Origin: an uncultured Chloroflexia bacterium
GTDB lineage: Bacteria > Chloroflexota > Limnocylindria > Limnocylindrales > CSP1-4
DNA length: 64,000 bases
Reading direction: 5' to 3'
Assembly: GCA_963713975.1 (NCBI GenBank)
Contig: OY970218.1
Location: 800,001 to 864,000 of the forward strand
In this document: positions 27,548 to 37,792 of the stretch, piece after piece
How positions within the stretch are numbered: the first letter of the stretch is position 1
How the letters are laid out: every line of letters starts with the position of its first letter
The notes under the pieces: generated by a model
Databases searched by the model: none
The model's input: only the letters and a program-made list of their open reading frames with translations
Told to the model about the DNA's origin: nothing
Program-made: the position numbers and the translations under genes

Positions 27548-29101
27548 ATGGCAGGATCCGTGCGCCGCGGCGCCAGGCCGATCAGCGCGCTCCTCGCGAT
27601 CGCGCTGCTGGCCGGCCTGGTGGCGGGATGCGCCGCGTCCCCGTCACCGGCCGGATCGCCCGCCGGGTCCGCCACGAGCCGCCCGTCGAGCCCAGCGGCG
27701 ACCGAGAGCCTGAGCCTCGAGGACGCCGTTCTGGCCTACGGCCAGGGCCCCACGCGCGATCCCTCGATCACGTACCAGCCCGATGTCGTGTTCGTCGAGG
27801 GCGGTCCATCGAGCATCCGGTGGGCTAGCGCCGACGGGCTGACCTGGGCCATCGACCGCAACGCGCCCGGCGCGGCGGACCTCCGGACCGGGTCCGTCAT
27901 GTTCGCCACCACGGTTGCCCTCGGTCGCGTGACGGCGATGGAGGACCAGGGCGACGACCGGATCGTGCACCTCGCGCCAGTTGACCTGACGGACCTCGTG
28001 AGAGACGGAACGATCGAGTTCGACCAGGACCTGGACCTCGCCGACGCCACCTATCGCCAGCTTCCCGACGACATGCCCGCCGTCCTGACCGACGCCGACT
28101 CGCCGCCCTCACCCAGCCCCGGCGCGGATCTCGCACCGACGGACGGCACCGGGGTGGTCACGATGCCGCCGATCCGGCTGGCTGCGGCCCGCACCGGGCT
28201 CCCGGCGATCGAGCCTGCCGCCGTCGGCAAGCTGACGGTCCCAAGCAAGGTCTGCCCCAAGCTCGGGATCAGCGACTGGAGCGTGGAGTACTGCATCCAG
28301 GGCCCGGGCCTGTCCCTGGCGATCGACCGCAAGCTTGGCGGCCACCTCAAGGTGGGGGTCGGGCTCAAGCTGCTGACCAGCAAGCTGCGTTTCCACGCCG
28401 GCACGGTCATCAAGGGCGGCCAGATGATCGACTCCGGCGGCCTGCTCGACGGCCTGGATGGCTTCGAGCTGGACCTCGCCGGGGGCGTCGAGGACGGCGC
28501 CCAGGACAACGTCAAGATCAAGATCGAGGTGCCGGTCGAGATCGAGACCGGCTCCATCGTGGTCGGCGGGATCCCGCTCAAGATGTACATCGAAGCCAAG
28601 TTCACGATCGAGACCGCGTTCTCGGGGAAGAACTCGACGCTCAGCGGGACGGGCGAATACCACTTGAGCGGCCCGATCGGGATCCAGGGCGGGAAGCCCG
28701 TCGTGCCCCAGCTCACGGTCGTCCGGAGCCTCCTCGACAGCCTCAAGGGCATCACCGTGGGGCCCAGCGGCGTGGTCATCGCGGTGAAGTGGAAATTCCA
28801 GGGCGGCGTGGGGCTCTACGGCTTCGTCGCGGGTCCGTACCTGACGGTCACCTTCGCGATGGGCATCGGCCGCGGGTCCGTGATCGGGGCGCCGCTCGCC
28901 GTGTGCCACGGGGCCACGCTGGGGATCTGGGTGGGCGCCGGGGGCGGGTTCAACCTCAACGCGTCGAAGCTGGGCTGGCTGCTGGGCAAGGACAGCCTGG
29001 TCGCGAAGTACCTCAAGGCCAAGATCGATATCGACCTTCTCCAGTTCGAGGTCGTCAACAAGAAGGCGGTGACCCCCGATGTCCCCCTCTGTCGTGGCTG
29101 A
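27548..29101 (+). CDS. Large hypothetical lipoprotein
   Basis: LVAGC lipobox; beta-rich, Gly/Lys-rich C-terminal half; operon spacing. Confidence 0.8.
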   Translation: MAGSVRRGARPISALLAIALLAGLVAGCAASPSPAGSPAGSATSRPSSPAATESLSLEDAVLAYGQGPTRDPSITYQPDVVFVEGGPSSIRWASADGLTWAIDRNAPGAADLRTGSVMFATTVALGRVTAMEDQGDDRIVHLAPVDLTDLVRDGTIEFDQDLDLADATYRQLPDDMPAVLTDADSPPSPSPGADLAPTDGTGVVTMPPIRLAAARTGLPAIEPAAVGKLTVPSKVCPKLGISDWSVEYCIQGPGLSLAIDRKLGGHLKVGVGLKLLTSKLRFHAGTVIKGGQMIDSGGLLDGLDGFELDLAGGVEDGAQDNVKIKIEVPVEIETGSIVVGGIPLKMYIEAKFTIETAFSGKNSTLSGTGEYHLSGPIGIQGGKPVVPQLTVVRSLLDSLKGITVGPSGVVIAVKWKFQGGVGLYGFVAGPYLTVTFAMGIGRGSVIGAPLAVCHGATLGIWVGAGGGFNLNASKLGWLLGKDSLVAKYLKAKIDIDLLQFEVVNKKAVTPDVPLCRG

Positions 29102-29681
29102 GCAGCGTGGCCCGTGGCGGTCTCGCGGATGGCTCGTGGCCCGCCGGGCCGCCGGCGCGGTGGCGCTGGCGCTCCTGGTCGCATGTTGCTCGGGCGCGCC
29201 CGTCCCAGCGGCCACCGCGACACCGCTCGCGATCACGGCCGAGCCGGCAACGCCCACGCCCAGCCAGGTCCCGGCCTCCGACACCCCGCCCCCGCCGACG
29301 CCCGCCGCGATCGACCCCTGCGGGCTGATCACGCACGACGAGGCCAACGCCCTCGCGGGGGTCACGGTGCAGGATCCCGAGCCGGCTGGCGAGCCGCCCG
29401 TCCGCTGCGTCTGGGCGACCCCGGTGACGGGCGCGATCGGCCAGGTGGAGATCGATGTCGGGGACGGGGCGAAGAAGGCCTACGACATCGACGCCACCGT
29501 CCTGGGCCACACGTTCGCTCCGGTCGCGGATGTTGGCGACGAAGCCTACGCGGAGGACGGCGCGATCTTCTTTCGCACGAGCGACACCTGGGTCGCGATC
29601 CGCGTCATCCGTCTCGATGACCCCGCCAGGAGCTCGGGACCTCTCGAGCAGCTGGCCCGCGTGGTCGTCGGGCGGATCTGA
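29079..29681 (+). CDS. DUF3558-like lipoprotein (start uncertain)
   Basis: LLVACC lipobox, DPCGLIT, CVW, VADVGDEAY. Confidence 0.75.
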   Translation: MSPSVVAEQRGPWRSRGWLVARRAAGAVALALLVACCSGAPVPAATATPLAITAEPATPTPSQVPASDTPPPPTPAAIDPCGLITHDEANALAGVTVQDPEPAGEPPVRCVWATPVTGAIGQVEIDVGDGAKKAYDIDATVLGHTFAPVADVGDEAYAEDGAIFFRTSDTWVAIRVIRLDDPARSSGPLEQLARVVVGRI

Positions 29682-29683
29682 CG

Positions 29684-30031
29684 ATGTCCGGGTCGGTGCG
29701 CACGTTCCTCGCCGAGTGCTACATCCCGGGGATCGAGGAGTCCTCCGTGGCCGCCGCGGCGACGCGGGCACGCGCGGCCGTCCGCGCCCTTGTCGCCGCG
29801 GGCGAGCGCATCGAGTACCTGGGTGCCGTCCTTGTCGCGGGCGATGAGGTCGTGTTCCACACGTTCGGGGCGCAGGATCCTGTGCTCGTCGAACGGGCGA
29901 GCCGGAACGCGGGCCTGGCGTTCGAGCGCATCGTCGAGTCCGTGGCCGTGGACGGGGCCGACCCGGGCCTCGCCGGGCAGCGGCTAGCTACGGCGCCGGG
30001 GTTGCGTCGACGGGCGAGCCGCAGTCGGTGA
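29684..30031 (+). CDS. SCO4226/DUF4242-like (nickel-binding family) small protein
   Basis: FLAECYIPG...IEYLGAVLVAGDEVVFHTF...AGLAFERIVE pattern. Confidence 0.65.
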   Translation: MSGSVRTFLAECYIPGIEESSVAAAATRARAAVRALVAAGERIEYLGAVLVAGDEVVFHTFGAQDPVLVERASRNAGLAFERIVESVAVDGADPGLAGQRLATAPGLRRRASRSR

Positions 30032-30097
30032 ACCACAGGACCGCGCCGCCGCCAGCGACCACAAGGAGCACCCGGCGTACCGGGTGATGCTGGCAGG

Positions 30098-30330
30098 ATC
30101 GCGGAGGCCGTGTTCGAGCGGATCGATGTCCTGGGGGTGACCGACTTCACGTTCACGCTGACCGCTCACGCCAAGGCGCGAGGCTGGGACGCGGCCTTCG
30201 GGGCCGGCGCCGTCCGCGTGAAAGAAGGTCGATCTGGTCGGGGCGAGAGGGGTAGCCCCGCCACCACCGACCTTCCGATCACGTTGCGCCTCGCCGAGCC
30301 GCCGGAGCCCTTCGACTGGGCCGATGCACG
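30098..30330 (+). pseudogene. Second serine recombinase extreme C-terminal remnant spanning att core
   Basis: IAEAVFERIDVLG...TAHAKARGWDAAF...GRSGRGER aligns with LFERVEVLG...TPAAVAAGLVEAF...GYGRGER of the 20538 remnant. Confidence 0.7.
30235..30250. repeat. att core copy 4
   Basis: 16/16 match to the tRNA-Pro 3' end. Confidence 0.9.
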
Positions 30331-30606
30331 GCGTCCTCGCTGCCACCGAATCTGCCGTTCGTCGTCTTCACCTTCAGGTTTGCGCCGGATCCGCCGGCGG
30401 TCGAGGCGGTGAGACGCCGCCGGCGGCGCCGCTGGGCGAGTTGGCGACGTGGGACAGCGGCCGGAGCTACCGAACGTCGCCGACCCAGGTGGATCCGCGG
30501 TCGGCAGCCCGCCTGAGTCGCACGACCGATTGCCCGCGGTCAATACGACTCGACCGACCGTTTCCGAGCGACCACTGGTTATGCGCGACTCACAACGGCC
30601 ACGGGC

Positions 30607-33582
30607 CTATCCATCGGCCGGCGGCAGCAGCCCGAGGCGGGTGGCCGCGGCGGCCGCGTCGTAGCGACTCAGCGCTCCGAGCTTGTCCATCGCGTGCGTC
30701 ACGTGAACGGACGCGGTCTTCTCCGAGATGAAGAGCCGAGCGCCGATCTCGCGGTTCGTGTGTCCCGCTGCGACGAGCGCGAGGACCTCCCGCTCGCGCG
30801 TCGTCAAGGGCGTCTCGCCTGACGCTTCGGCGGTCGCGGCGTCGGCCGCCATGTCCAGTCGGATCCTCGCTCGAGATGCCAGGGCCTCTGTCGCGCGCTG
30901 CAGCGGCACCGCACCGAGGTCGGTGGCCACCGCGTGCGCCTCGCGCAGGGGTATGGCTGCGTCCGCCGCCGACCCGCCGCTCGCGAGGATCGCCTCGGCA
31001 TGGCGGTATCGGACGGATGCCGACTCCCACGGCTGCTGCAGCACGCTTCTCGCCTGGACGGCGACCGCCCAGCGAGCGGGGTCCGCGCGACCCTCGAGGC
31101 GCTCCGCTTCGGCGTCCATGCGCAGGACCTCCGCTCGGACCAGCGGGCCGCCACCGTCGGCGTCGATCGCCCGCCGGGCACTTCGGCGGAACAGGTCGAT
31201 GAACCGCCGACCGGCGATCACCGCTTCGTCAGCTTCGGTGCGCCGGCGTCGACGGCGGGCGGCGCCGGCGTGATTCGCTTCGCCCTCGGTCGCCTTGACG
31301 AGCGACCACCACAGGGTCGCGTCGTGCTCGGGCTCAGGCACGGCCTCGATCGAGGCATCCATCAACCGGCGGCCATCGGCGTGCCGCCCGGTCGCGTACG
31401 CCACGAAGATCTGGTCCTCGAGCTGCCAGACCCGGTGCGGTCCGACGGTCGGTATCCGAGCACCCTGCTCGATCTCCCGCTCGGCGTCCTGGGTCCGGCC
31501 CAAGTACGTGTTCAACCGGGCGAGCGACATATGGATATAAACCATCTCGAACGAGAAGGCCACGAGGGTCATGATCTGGTCCGCGGTCGCAAACGCCTCC
31601 GGCCATCGGCCGAGCTCGACGAGGTTCTCGAGGACGCCGTGGAGCAGGTGCGCGCCGTACCGACCGTCGGCGCCGTCGCGTCGCGCGATCTCGAAGCCGT
31701 GACGGTCGTGGGCAAGGCTCCCCTCGAAGTCGCCTTGGATGAAGCCGGTCGACCCTCGCCAGTGATGCGACCGAGCCCGGATGTCGGGGTCCAGCACGAC
31801 GTCGAGGAGTCGTCCGGCCTCCGCGAGCACCGCTTCGGCACGGCTGGTCTCGCCGAGGTGGGTATAGACCTGACCGAGGACCGTCAGCGCCCGGACGAGT
31901 TCACGGGGCGCATCGACAGCGCGGGCCACGTCGATCGCCACGGCACCCGCCTGGAGTGCGGTCGAATACCGACCGTAGTGCCAGTGCAGCAATGCCTCGG
32001 CGGCGAACGCTCGGGCACTTCGCTCTGACCGCTCGTCGCGCAAGACCGGGAGGGCCTGACCTACCGCCCACTCGGCGGTTTCGACGTCCGCTGCCTCCCA
32101 CGCGTAGTCGAACAGCTCGAGCTGGGTCGCGACCCGGCGCGCGACGTCGTTCGGCTCGTACGTCGTCAGGGCCTCGCGCGCCAACGTAACGGCACGGATC
32201 TGGTGGCCGGCGGCCGCCGCCGCGCGGGCGGCTCTTGCCTGCACCGCGGCCAGATCGAGCCCGGCGAGCCTCGCGGGATTCTCGATTCGGGGCCATAGCT
32301 CCAGCATCCGGTCGAGGTGGACCTCCGCATCGGCATGGGCTGAGGCAGCCTCGGCGGCTGCGACCGCGTCGCGGGAGGCAACGAGTGCCCGGGTCAGATC
32401 GCCGGCCGCCATCGCGTGGTGGGCGATCTCACCGGCTCGGCGAGTGTCGGCTGCCCCCGACGCGGTGGCGTCGCTCTCGAGCGTGTCGGCGATCGCCAGG
32501 TGGACGGCGGTGCGCTCCACCGCGAGGAGTTCGTCGTATGCCGCCTCGCGGACCAGGGCGTGGCGGAAGGCGTACCCGGGAACCGGTTCCGCGACATTGA
32601 CCAGGATGCGCGCATTGATGGCGTCCTTGAGCGCCGCGATGAGCACCGAAGCCGGCTCTCCCGCGACCCGTTCGAGCAGCTCATGGTCGACCGCCCGACC
32701 GGCGACCGCGGCGATCCCCAGGACGCGTCGCGTGGGTTCGTCCTGGGTGGCGAGCCTGGCGATCAGAAGCTCGCGGAGTGAGGCCGGGAGCGACTTGCCG
32801 CCTGCGGCGCCGCTGGCGATGAGTTCCTCGGCGAAGAAGGGGTTGCCGTCGGAGCGCTCGAAGACGTCGCGGGCGACGTCGCGGTCGGGCGCGGTCCCCA
32901 AGATCCCGGTCAGCTGCTGGGAGACTTCGTGGGCATCGAACCGTTTGAGGTCGATCCGCTCGAATCCCGGGAGACGGTCGAGCTCGGAGACCGCCGCACG
33001 CAGCCGATGACCTCGCGCAGCCTCGTCGAGCCGTGCGGTCAGGACGAGCACGTACCGTTCGTCCCCCATCGACCGAGCCAGGTAGGTCACGAGGTCGAAC
33101 GTGGATGGGTCGGCCCAATGCAGGTCCTCGATGACGACGACGAGCGGCTCGGTGATGGCCGCGGCTGCGATCGCATCCCGCACGGCGGCGAAGAGTCGTC
33201 CCTGGTCGCCCAGGTGCGGGATCGACCCCGACCCGGCGTCGACGGCAAGCCCCGGGACCAGTCGACCGAGTTCGGCCAGTGTCGGCGGCGGCAGCGATGA
33301 GGTTAGACCGACGCGCTGCAGATCTCGGACGACGTCGACGAAGGGGGCGTACGGGAATGTCCCGACCGCCAGGTCGATGCAATGCCCGGATACGGATGTC
33401 GATCCGCTTGCAGCGGCGAGGGTCGACACCTCCGCCAGGAGCCGGGACTTGCCGACGCCGGCTTCGCCGGCGATCAGGACGACCTGCGGTCGCCCGGCCG
33501 CGGCACGGTCCAGCGCCTCGGCGAGCGCCGCGCGCTCGGCGACGCGGCCAATGAAGATCGGGCTCGAGACGCGACGGACCAC
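30607..33582 (-). CDS. Large ATP-binding LuxR-family regulator
   Basis: SSPIFIGR, GEAGVGKS, IEDLHWAD, GNPFFAEEL, FRHALVREA, C-terminal LTTREREVL...ISEKTASVHV. Confidence 0.93.
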   Translation of the reverse strand: MVRRVSSPIFIGRVAERAALAEALDRAAAGRPQVVLIAGEAGVGKSRLLAEVSTLAAASGSTSVSGHCIDLAVGTFPYAPFVDVVRDLQRVGLTSSLPPPTLAELGRLVPGLAVDAGSGSIPHLGDQGRLFAAVRDAIAAAAITEPLVVVIEDLHWADPSTFDLVTYLARSMGDERYVLVLTARLDEAARGHRLRAAVSELDRLPGFERIDLKRFDAHEVSQQLTGILGTAPDRDVARDVFERSDGNPFFAEELIASGAAGGKSLPASLRELLIARLATQDEPTRRVLGIAAVAGRAVDHELLERVAGEPASVLIAALKDAINARILVNVAEPVPGYAFRHALVREAAYDELLAVERTAVHLAIADTLESDATASGAADTRRAGEIAHHAMAAGDLTRALVASRDAVAAAEAASAHADAEVHLDRMLELWPRIENPARLAGLDLAAVQARAARAAAAAGHQIRAVTLAREALTTYEPNDVARRVATQLELFDYAWEAADVETAEWAVGQALPVLRDERSERSARAFAAEALLHWHYGRYSTALQAGAVAIDVARAVDAPRELVRALTVLGQVYTHLGETSRAEAVLAEAGRLLDVVLDPDIRARSHHWRGSTGFIQGDFEGSLAHDRHGFEIARRDGADGRYGAHLLHGVLENLVELGRWPEAFATADQIMTLVAFSFEMVYIHMSLARLNTYLGRTQDAEREIEQGARIPTVGPHRVWQLEDQIFVAYATGRHADGRRLMDASIEAVPEPEHDATLWWSLVKATEGEANHAGAARRRRRRTEADEAVIAGRRFIDLFRRSARRAIDADGGGPLVRAEVLRMDAEAERLEGRADPARWAVAVQARSVLQQPWESASVRYRHAEAILASGGSAADAAIPLREAHAVATDLGAVPLQRATEALASRARIRLDMAADAATAEASGETPLTTREREVLALVAAGHTNREIGARLFISEKTASVHVTHAMDKLGALSRYDAAAAATRLGLLPPADG

Positions 33583-33632
33583 GGTCTGGATGATGCGCTC
33601 CGTCCGTGCCCACTGGCAAGGGCGCTGGGGTG

Positions 33633-33830
33633 TCAGGCGCCGGCCGGTCGAACGACGAGTCGCCGGATCGTCGCGACGGCGCGGCCGACGCGTGACGCGG
33701 ACGCAGGTTCGGGTTCGGGGAGCGGCGGGGCATCGACGCGGGCGAAGGTCATGCCGGGACGGCCTTCGTCGGCCCAGCCGTGGTGGCGCTCTCGGTCCCT
33801 GATCGCGAGGTATATGCCGAAGGGGTGCAT
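33633..33830 (-). CDS. Small hypothetical protein upstream of the LuxR regulator
   Basis: AGGAGG RBS plus ATG; 65 aa. Confidence 0.65.
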   Translation of the reverse strand: MHPFGIYLAIRDRERHHGWADEGRPGMTFARVDAPPLPEPEPASASRVGRAVATIRRLVVRPAGA

Positions 33831-34205
33831 CGTCGCCTCCTGGTCGTCGATCGCATGATCGCGATATCCAGGAGGCTACGAACGACGAGCCGCGTCGCCA
33901 TCGTCGAGAACCTTATGTCGGCTGTGCGGCCGACCTCATTTTTTCTCCGCGGGACCATCGGGAGACATGCGGTCGATCCCCGCGGGCTGCTTGGCGGCGT
34001 TGCAGCACGGCACAGCACCATGGGCTCCGACACATCAGCCTCCCGCTCATCGCACGCACGGCCTTCCTGCTGGGCAGAAGGTCGAGTTCCCGGTGGGCCA
34101 GGTCGGTCACGATCCACTCGACGTCGGGTGCCGATGCTCACGGCTGGTCGGGAACGTTCGGCCCGGGGCCCCTGCGCCAAACGCGGGTCTGGCAGTCAGT
34201 ACGAA

Positions 34206-34282
<77 letters not shown>

Positions 34283-34369
34283 ACCGAAAGTGCCCGCTGA
34301 GGGGCCGGGGAATGATATCGCATGTCCGCCGGACCTTCGAACGTGGGGCCTTCGTATGACGCGCAGCGT

Positions 34370-35164
34370 TCAGCCAACACCTGCTCGGAGGCGCGACGCG
34401 ACAAGGCGCTCGCCATGAACATCGGGCCAGACAAGACCCGCAGCGTCAGGGATCGGCGCGCCGGCGTCGCGGAGGGCGGCCAGCCAGGCGTGGGATGATG
34501 CTGGATAGCGGGCCGCGAACAGCGCCCCGAGCCCGCCGATCAGCTCCCGGTTGCGGTGCGTGCCGCGCACGACGAGCAATCCCGCGACGGACCAGCCCGG
34601 GCCGAGCCGATCGCGCGTCGCATGCACCTTGGCCTCGAGGCTGCGCATGACAAGCCCGCCGTCGAGCACGAGATCCCACACCTCCACGACGGCAGCCTCC
34701 CGCCTCGCCGGTCGGGTGAGCAGAACATCGATGGATCGGGGGCGTGGACCGTCGCCCGGCAGCGCAGCCTCGGGTTCCGCACCCCAGCCGCCGGCCGCCG
34801 CCGTCGAGATCACGAGGTTCTGACGGCGCATGTGCTCGATGTCGCGCGGGAGCTGCGCGCCCGGCACGCCCTCGAAGTAGGCGGCAAGGTGCAAGCCGGC
34901 CGCGGCGCCACACGCGGCCCAGGTGTCGATGCCGGCGTTCGACCCGTGGCCGCCCTCGAGCCTCGCGATCTCCGGCTGTGACACGCCGGCACGTGCGGCG
35001 ATCTCGCGCTGGAGGAGGCCGGCCCCGATGCGGGCGTCCCTGAGGCCGATTCCGAGACGGGTCGCGACGTCGGATGCTCGAGCGCGCCCCGCCATGACCG
35101 GACGGGTCGCACGCCTGGAGGTCGTCTGCCTGGCCACGCGGACAGTGTCGGCATGCCGACTCAT
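34370..35164 (-). CDS. XRE-family HTH protein with C-terminal PD-(D/E)XK-like domain
   Basis: [35 protein letters not shown]; SIDVLL...AVVEVWD; start may be 35095. Confidence 0.8.
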   Translation of the reverse strand: MSRHADTVRVARQTTSRRATRPVMAGRARASDVATRLGIGLRDARIGAGLLQREIAARAGVSQPEIARLEGGHGSNAGIDTWAACGAAAGLHLAAYFEGVPGAQLPRDIEHMRRQNLVISTAAAGGWGAEPEAALPGDGPRPRSIDVLLTRPARREAAVVEVWDLVLDGGLVMRSLEAKVHATRDRLGPGWSVAGLLVVRGTHRNRELIGGLGALFAARYPASSHAWLAALRDAGAPIPDAAGLVWPDVHGERLVASRLRAGVG

Positions 35165-35178
35165 CTGGGACTTGCCGC

Positions 35179-35347
35179 CATCACCGTGGGTGCTATCTCT
35201 GGGCCAGATGCGGCGGCACAGCCATGGCCGATGGGGATAGGCGCGGCGGGATCACCGCGGTTGATCGATGCAGCGGCACGTGGCCAATCGGAGGCTCCGT
35301 GACGCGCTGGTCGGCGATTCAGGCGCGCAATAGCACCACGGGTGATG
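35179..35347. repeat. 18-bp imperfect inverted repeats bounding a 169-bp intergenic element
   Basis: CATCACCGTGGGTGCTAT (35179) and ATAGCACCACGGGTGATG (35330). Confidence 0.55.
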
Positions 35348-35481
35348 CCGGGGGCCGGGAGGCCACGGCGGCGAGACGGGGCGGCCCGAAGCTGGGAGCG
35401 CGAGCCGGGGCCTGGCGAACGGATCGCGGGCAGCGGCGCGGCGCCCCCCGACGCCGCGCCTTGCCCGATCCCCCCGGTGTC

Positions 35482-37626
35482 TCAGTACTGGAAGAGCAGC
35501 TCGCGATACTTGGGCAGCGGCCAGAGGTCGTCGGCGACGATCGTCTCGAGCGTGTCTGCGATCTCCCGCAGCGCGTCCTGCGCGGGGATGACCGTGTCCA
35601 CGAACACGCGCGCCTCCTCCGGCACCGACGGGGCCTCGTGCGCCTCGTGCTGGGCCCGCTCCAGGCCGTGGATCCGCTCGATCAGGGTATCGGTGTGCCC
35701 CGCGACCGTCTCGGTGAGGTGCTTGATGCCGGCAGAGGCACCCGCGGCGGTGAGCCTCCCGAGGTAGGTGACGGCCGCCGGCAGGATCATCGTCTTGGCG
35801 ATGTCCAGTGCCGTGCTGGCCTCGATGTTCTGGACCTTGACGTACCGCTCCCAGTAGATGTCCGCCCGGGAGACGAGCTCGCGCTCGGACAGCACGCCGA
35901 AGTCGCTGAACAGCTTCTTCGACTTGGCCTCGGTGAGGCTTGGGAGGGCGTCGACCGTGGTCCGGTTGTTCGGAAGGCCGCGCCTCGCTGCCTCCACGTG
36001 CCACGCCTCGGAGTAGCCGTTGCCCTCGAACAAGACCTGCTTGTTCGCCCGGGCGATCCCGGACAGGATCGTGGTGAGTCCGTCGAATTCCCCGGCGGCC
36101 AGGCCATCGAGGTCGTCCGCGAGCTGCTTGAGCGAGTCCGCGACGGCCGTGTTGAGCACGGTCTGTGGCCAGTAGATCGGGGCGGACGAGCCGACCGCGC
36201 GGAACTCGAACTTGTTGCCCGTGAATGCGAACGGCGAGGTCCGGTTGCGGTCCGTCACGTCCATGGGCAGCTCGGGAAGCGACGTCACGCCCAGCTTGAC
36301 CGACCCGCTCCTCTTGGAATTGGACGCAGCGCCCTGCTCCAGCTGGGCGATGACGTCCTCCAGTTGGGCGCCGAGGAAGATCGACATGATCGCCGGCGGC
36401 GCCTCGTTGGCACCCAGGCGGTGGTCCTGGCCGGCGTCCGCGATGCTGGCGCGGAGGATGTCGGCGTGGACGTTGACGCCCCGGATGACCGCGAGGAGGA
36501 ACGCCAGGAACTGCGCGTTGGCATGCGGATCGTTCCCCGGATCGAGGAGGTTCTCCCCGTCGTCGGTGGCCATCGACCAGTTGTTGTGCTTGCCAGAGCC
36601 GTTGATGCCGACGAACGGCTTCTCGTGGATCAGGAACATGAGGCTGTGCTGCGGCGCGAGGCGTCGCATCGTCGACATCACGATCATGTTGTGGTCCGAG
36701 CCGACGGACGTTGGCTCATAGACGGGCGCCATCTCGAACTGGCCCGGGGCCACCTCGTTGTGGCGTGTCTTGGACGGGATGCCGAGGCGCCACAGCTCGC
36801 GGTCCAGGTCCATCATGAACGCGAGGATCCGCTCGCGGATGGGGCCGAAGTACTGGTCCTCCAGCTCCTGGCCCTTGGGCGGCGGGGCGCCGAACAGGGT
36901 CCGGCCGGTCATGATGAGATCGGGGCGCTGCTCCGCGAGCCGCCGGTCGACGAGGAAGTACTCCTGCTCGGGGCCGATGTTGGTGTACACCCGGCTGGAC
37001 GTGGTGTTGCCGAACCAGTGCAGGACCCGCAGCGCCTGGATACCCAGCGCCTCCTGGGAGCGCAGGAGCGGGATCTTGTGGTCCAGGGCCTCGCCCGTGA
37101 ACGAGACGTACGCCGTGGGGATGGTGAGCGTGACGCCGTTGGGCTCCACCTGGAGGAAGATCGGCGAGGTCACGTCCCACGCGGTGTAGCCGCGGGCCTC
37201 GAACGTGGCGCGGATGCCGCCCGACGGGAACGACGAGGCATCGGGCTCGCCCTGGGTCAGGTTCCTGCCCGAGAACTCCGCGATCGTGCTCCCGTCGCCC
37301 GTGGGGGTGAGGAAGGAGTCGTGCTTCTCGGCCGTGGACCCCGTCATGGGCACGAACCAGTGGGTGTAGTGGGTGGCGCCGTGCGCCATCGCCCACTCCT
37401 TGACGCCGTGGGCGACCGCGTCCGCGATGACCTGGTCGAACGGCTCCAAACCATCGATCGTCCGCCGCAGGCGACGGAAGATCGGCTTGGCCAGGTATTC
37501 CCGCTGGGCGGTCTCATGGAACACGTACTGGCCGTAGATGTCCTCGCCGGCGTGCTCGAGGTACTTCTGCGTGCCGGCAACCCTGTGGTTGGCGATGGTG
37601 GCGATGGCAGCGGTTCGGGCGCTCAT
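35482..37626 (-). CDS. glnA: Glutamine synthetase type III
   Basis: THYTHWF, AEKHDSF, EPDASSFPSGG, GPEQEYF, HNEVAPGQFE, GSGKHNNWS, DRNRTSPFAFTGNKFEFR; 714 aa; AGGAG RBS. Confidence 0.96.
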   Translation of the reverse strand: MSARTAAIATIANHRVAGTQKYLEHAGEDIYGQYVFHETAQREYLAKPIFRRLRRTIDGLEPFDQVIADAVAHGVKEWAMAHGATHYTHWFVPMTGSTAEKHDSFLTPTGDGSTIAEFSGRNLTQGEPDASSFPSGGIRATFEARGYTAWDVTSPIFLQVEPNGVTLTIPTAYVSFTGEALDHKIPLLRSQEALGIQALRVLHWFGNTTSSRVYTNIGPEQEYFLVDRRLAEQRPDLIMTGRTLFGAPPPKGQELEDQYFGPIRERILAFMMDLDRELWRLGIPSKTRHNEVAPGQFEMAPVYEPTSVGSDHNMIVMSTMRRLAPQHSLMFLIHEKPFVGINGSGKHNNWSMATDDGENLLDPGNDPHANAQFLAFLLAVIRGVNVHADILRASIADAGQDHRLGANEAPPAIMSIFLGAQLEDVIAQLEQGAASNSKRSGSVKLGVTSLPELPMDVTDRNRTSPFAFTGNKFEFRAVGSSAPIYWPQTVLNTAVADSLKQLADDLDGLAAGEFDGLTTILSGIARANKQVLFEGNGYSEAWHVEAARRGLPNNRTTVDALPSLTEAKSKKLFSDFGVLSERELVSRADIYWERYVKVQNIEASTALDIAKTMILPAAVTYLGRLTAAGASAGIKHLTETVAGHTDTLIERIHGLERAQHEAHEAPSVPEEARVFVDTVIPAQDALREIADTLETIVADDLWPLPKYRELLFQY

Positions 37627-37792
37627 GTGACTCCTGCCGACGATGCGACCCGGTCGGGTCGCAAGCTCCACGGGACCAGGAAAAGCCGAACCTATCGGAT
37701 GGGGCGGACGGTGTCGATAGGCGAGGCGATTCTGCACCCTTCCGCATCAGCGGCGACACCGAGTCGCAAGCCTCGATCCGCCCGCGGCGGCA

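Noticed and set aside
37627-37790. Glutamine riboswitch upstream of glnA
   Set aside because: Only a simple hairpin (TGCGACCCG-AC-CGGGTCGCA) is visible near the RBS; the glnA-motif consensus was not recognised.
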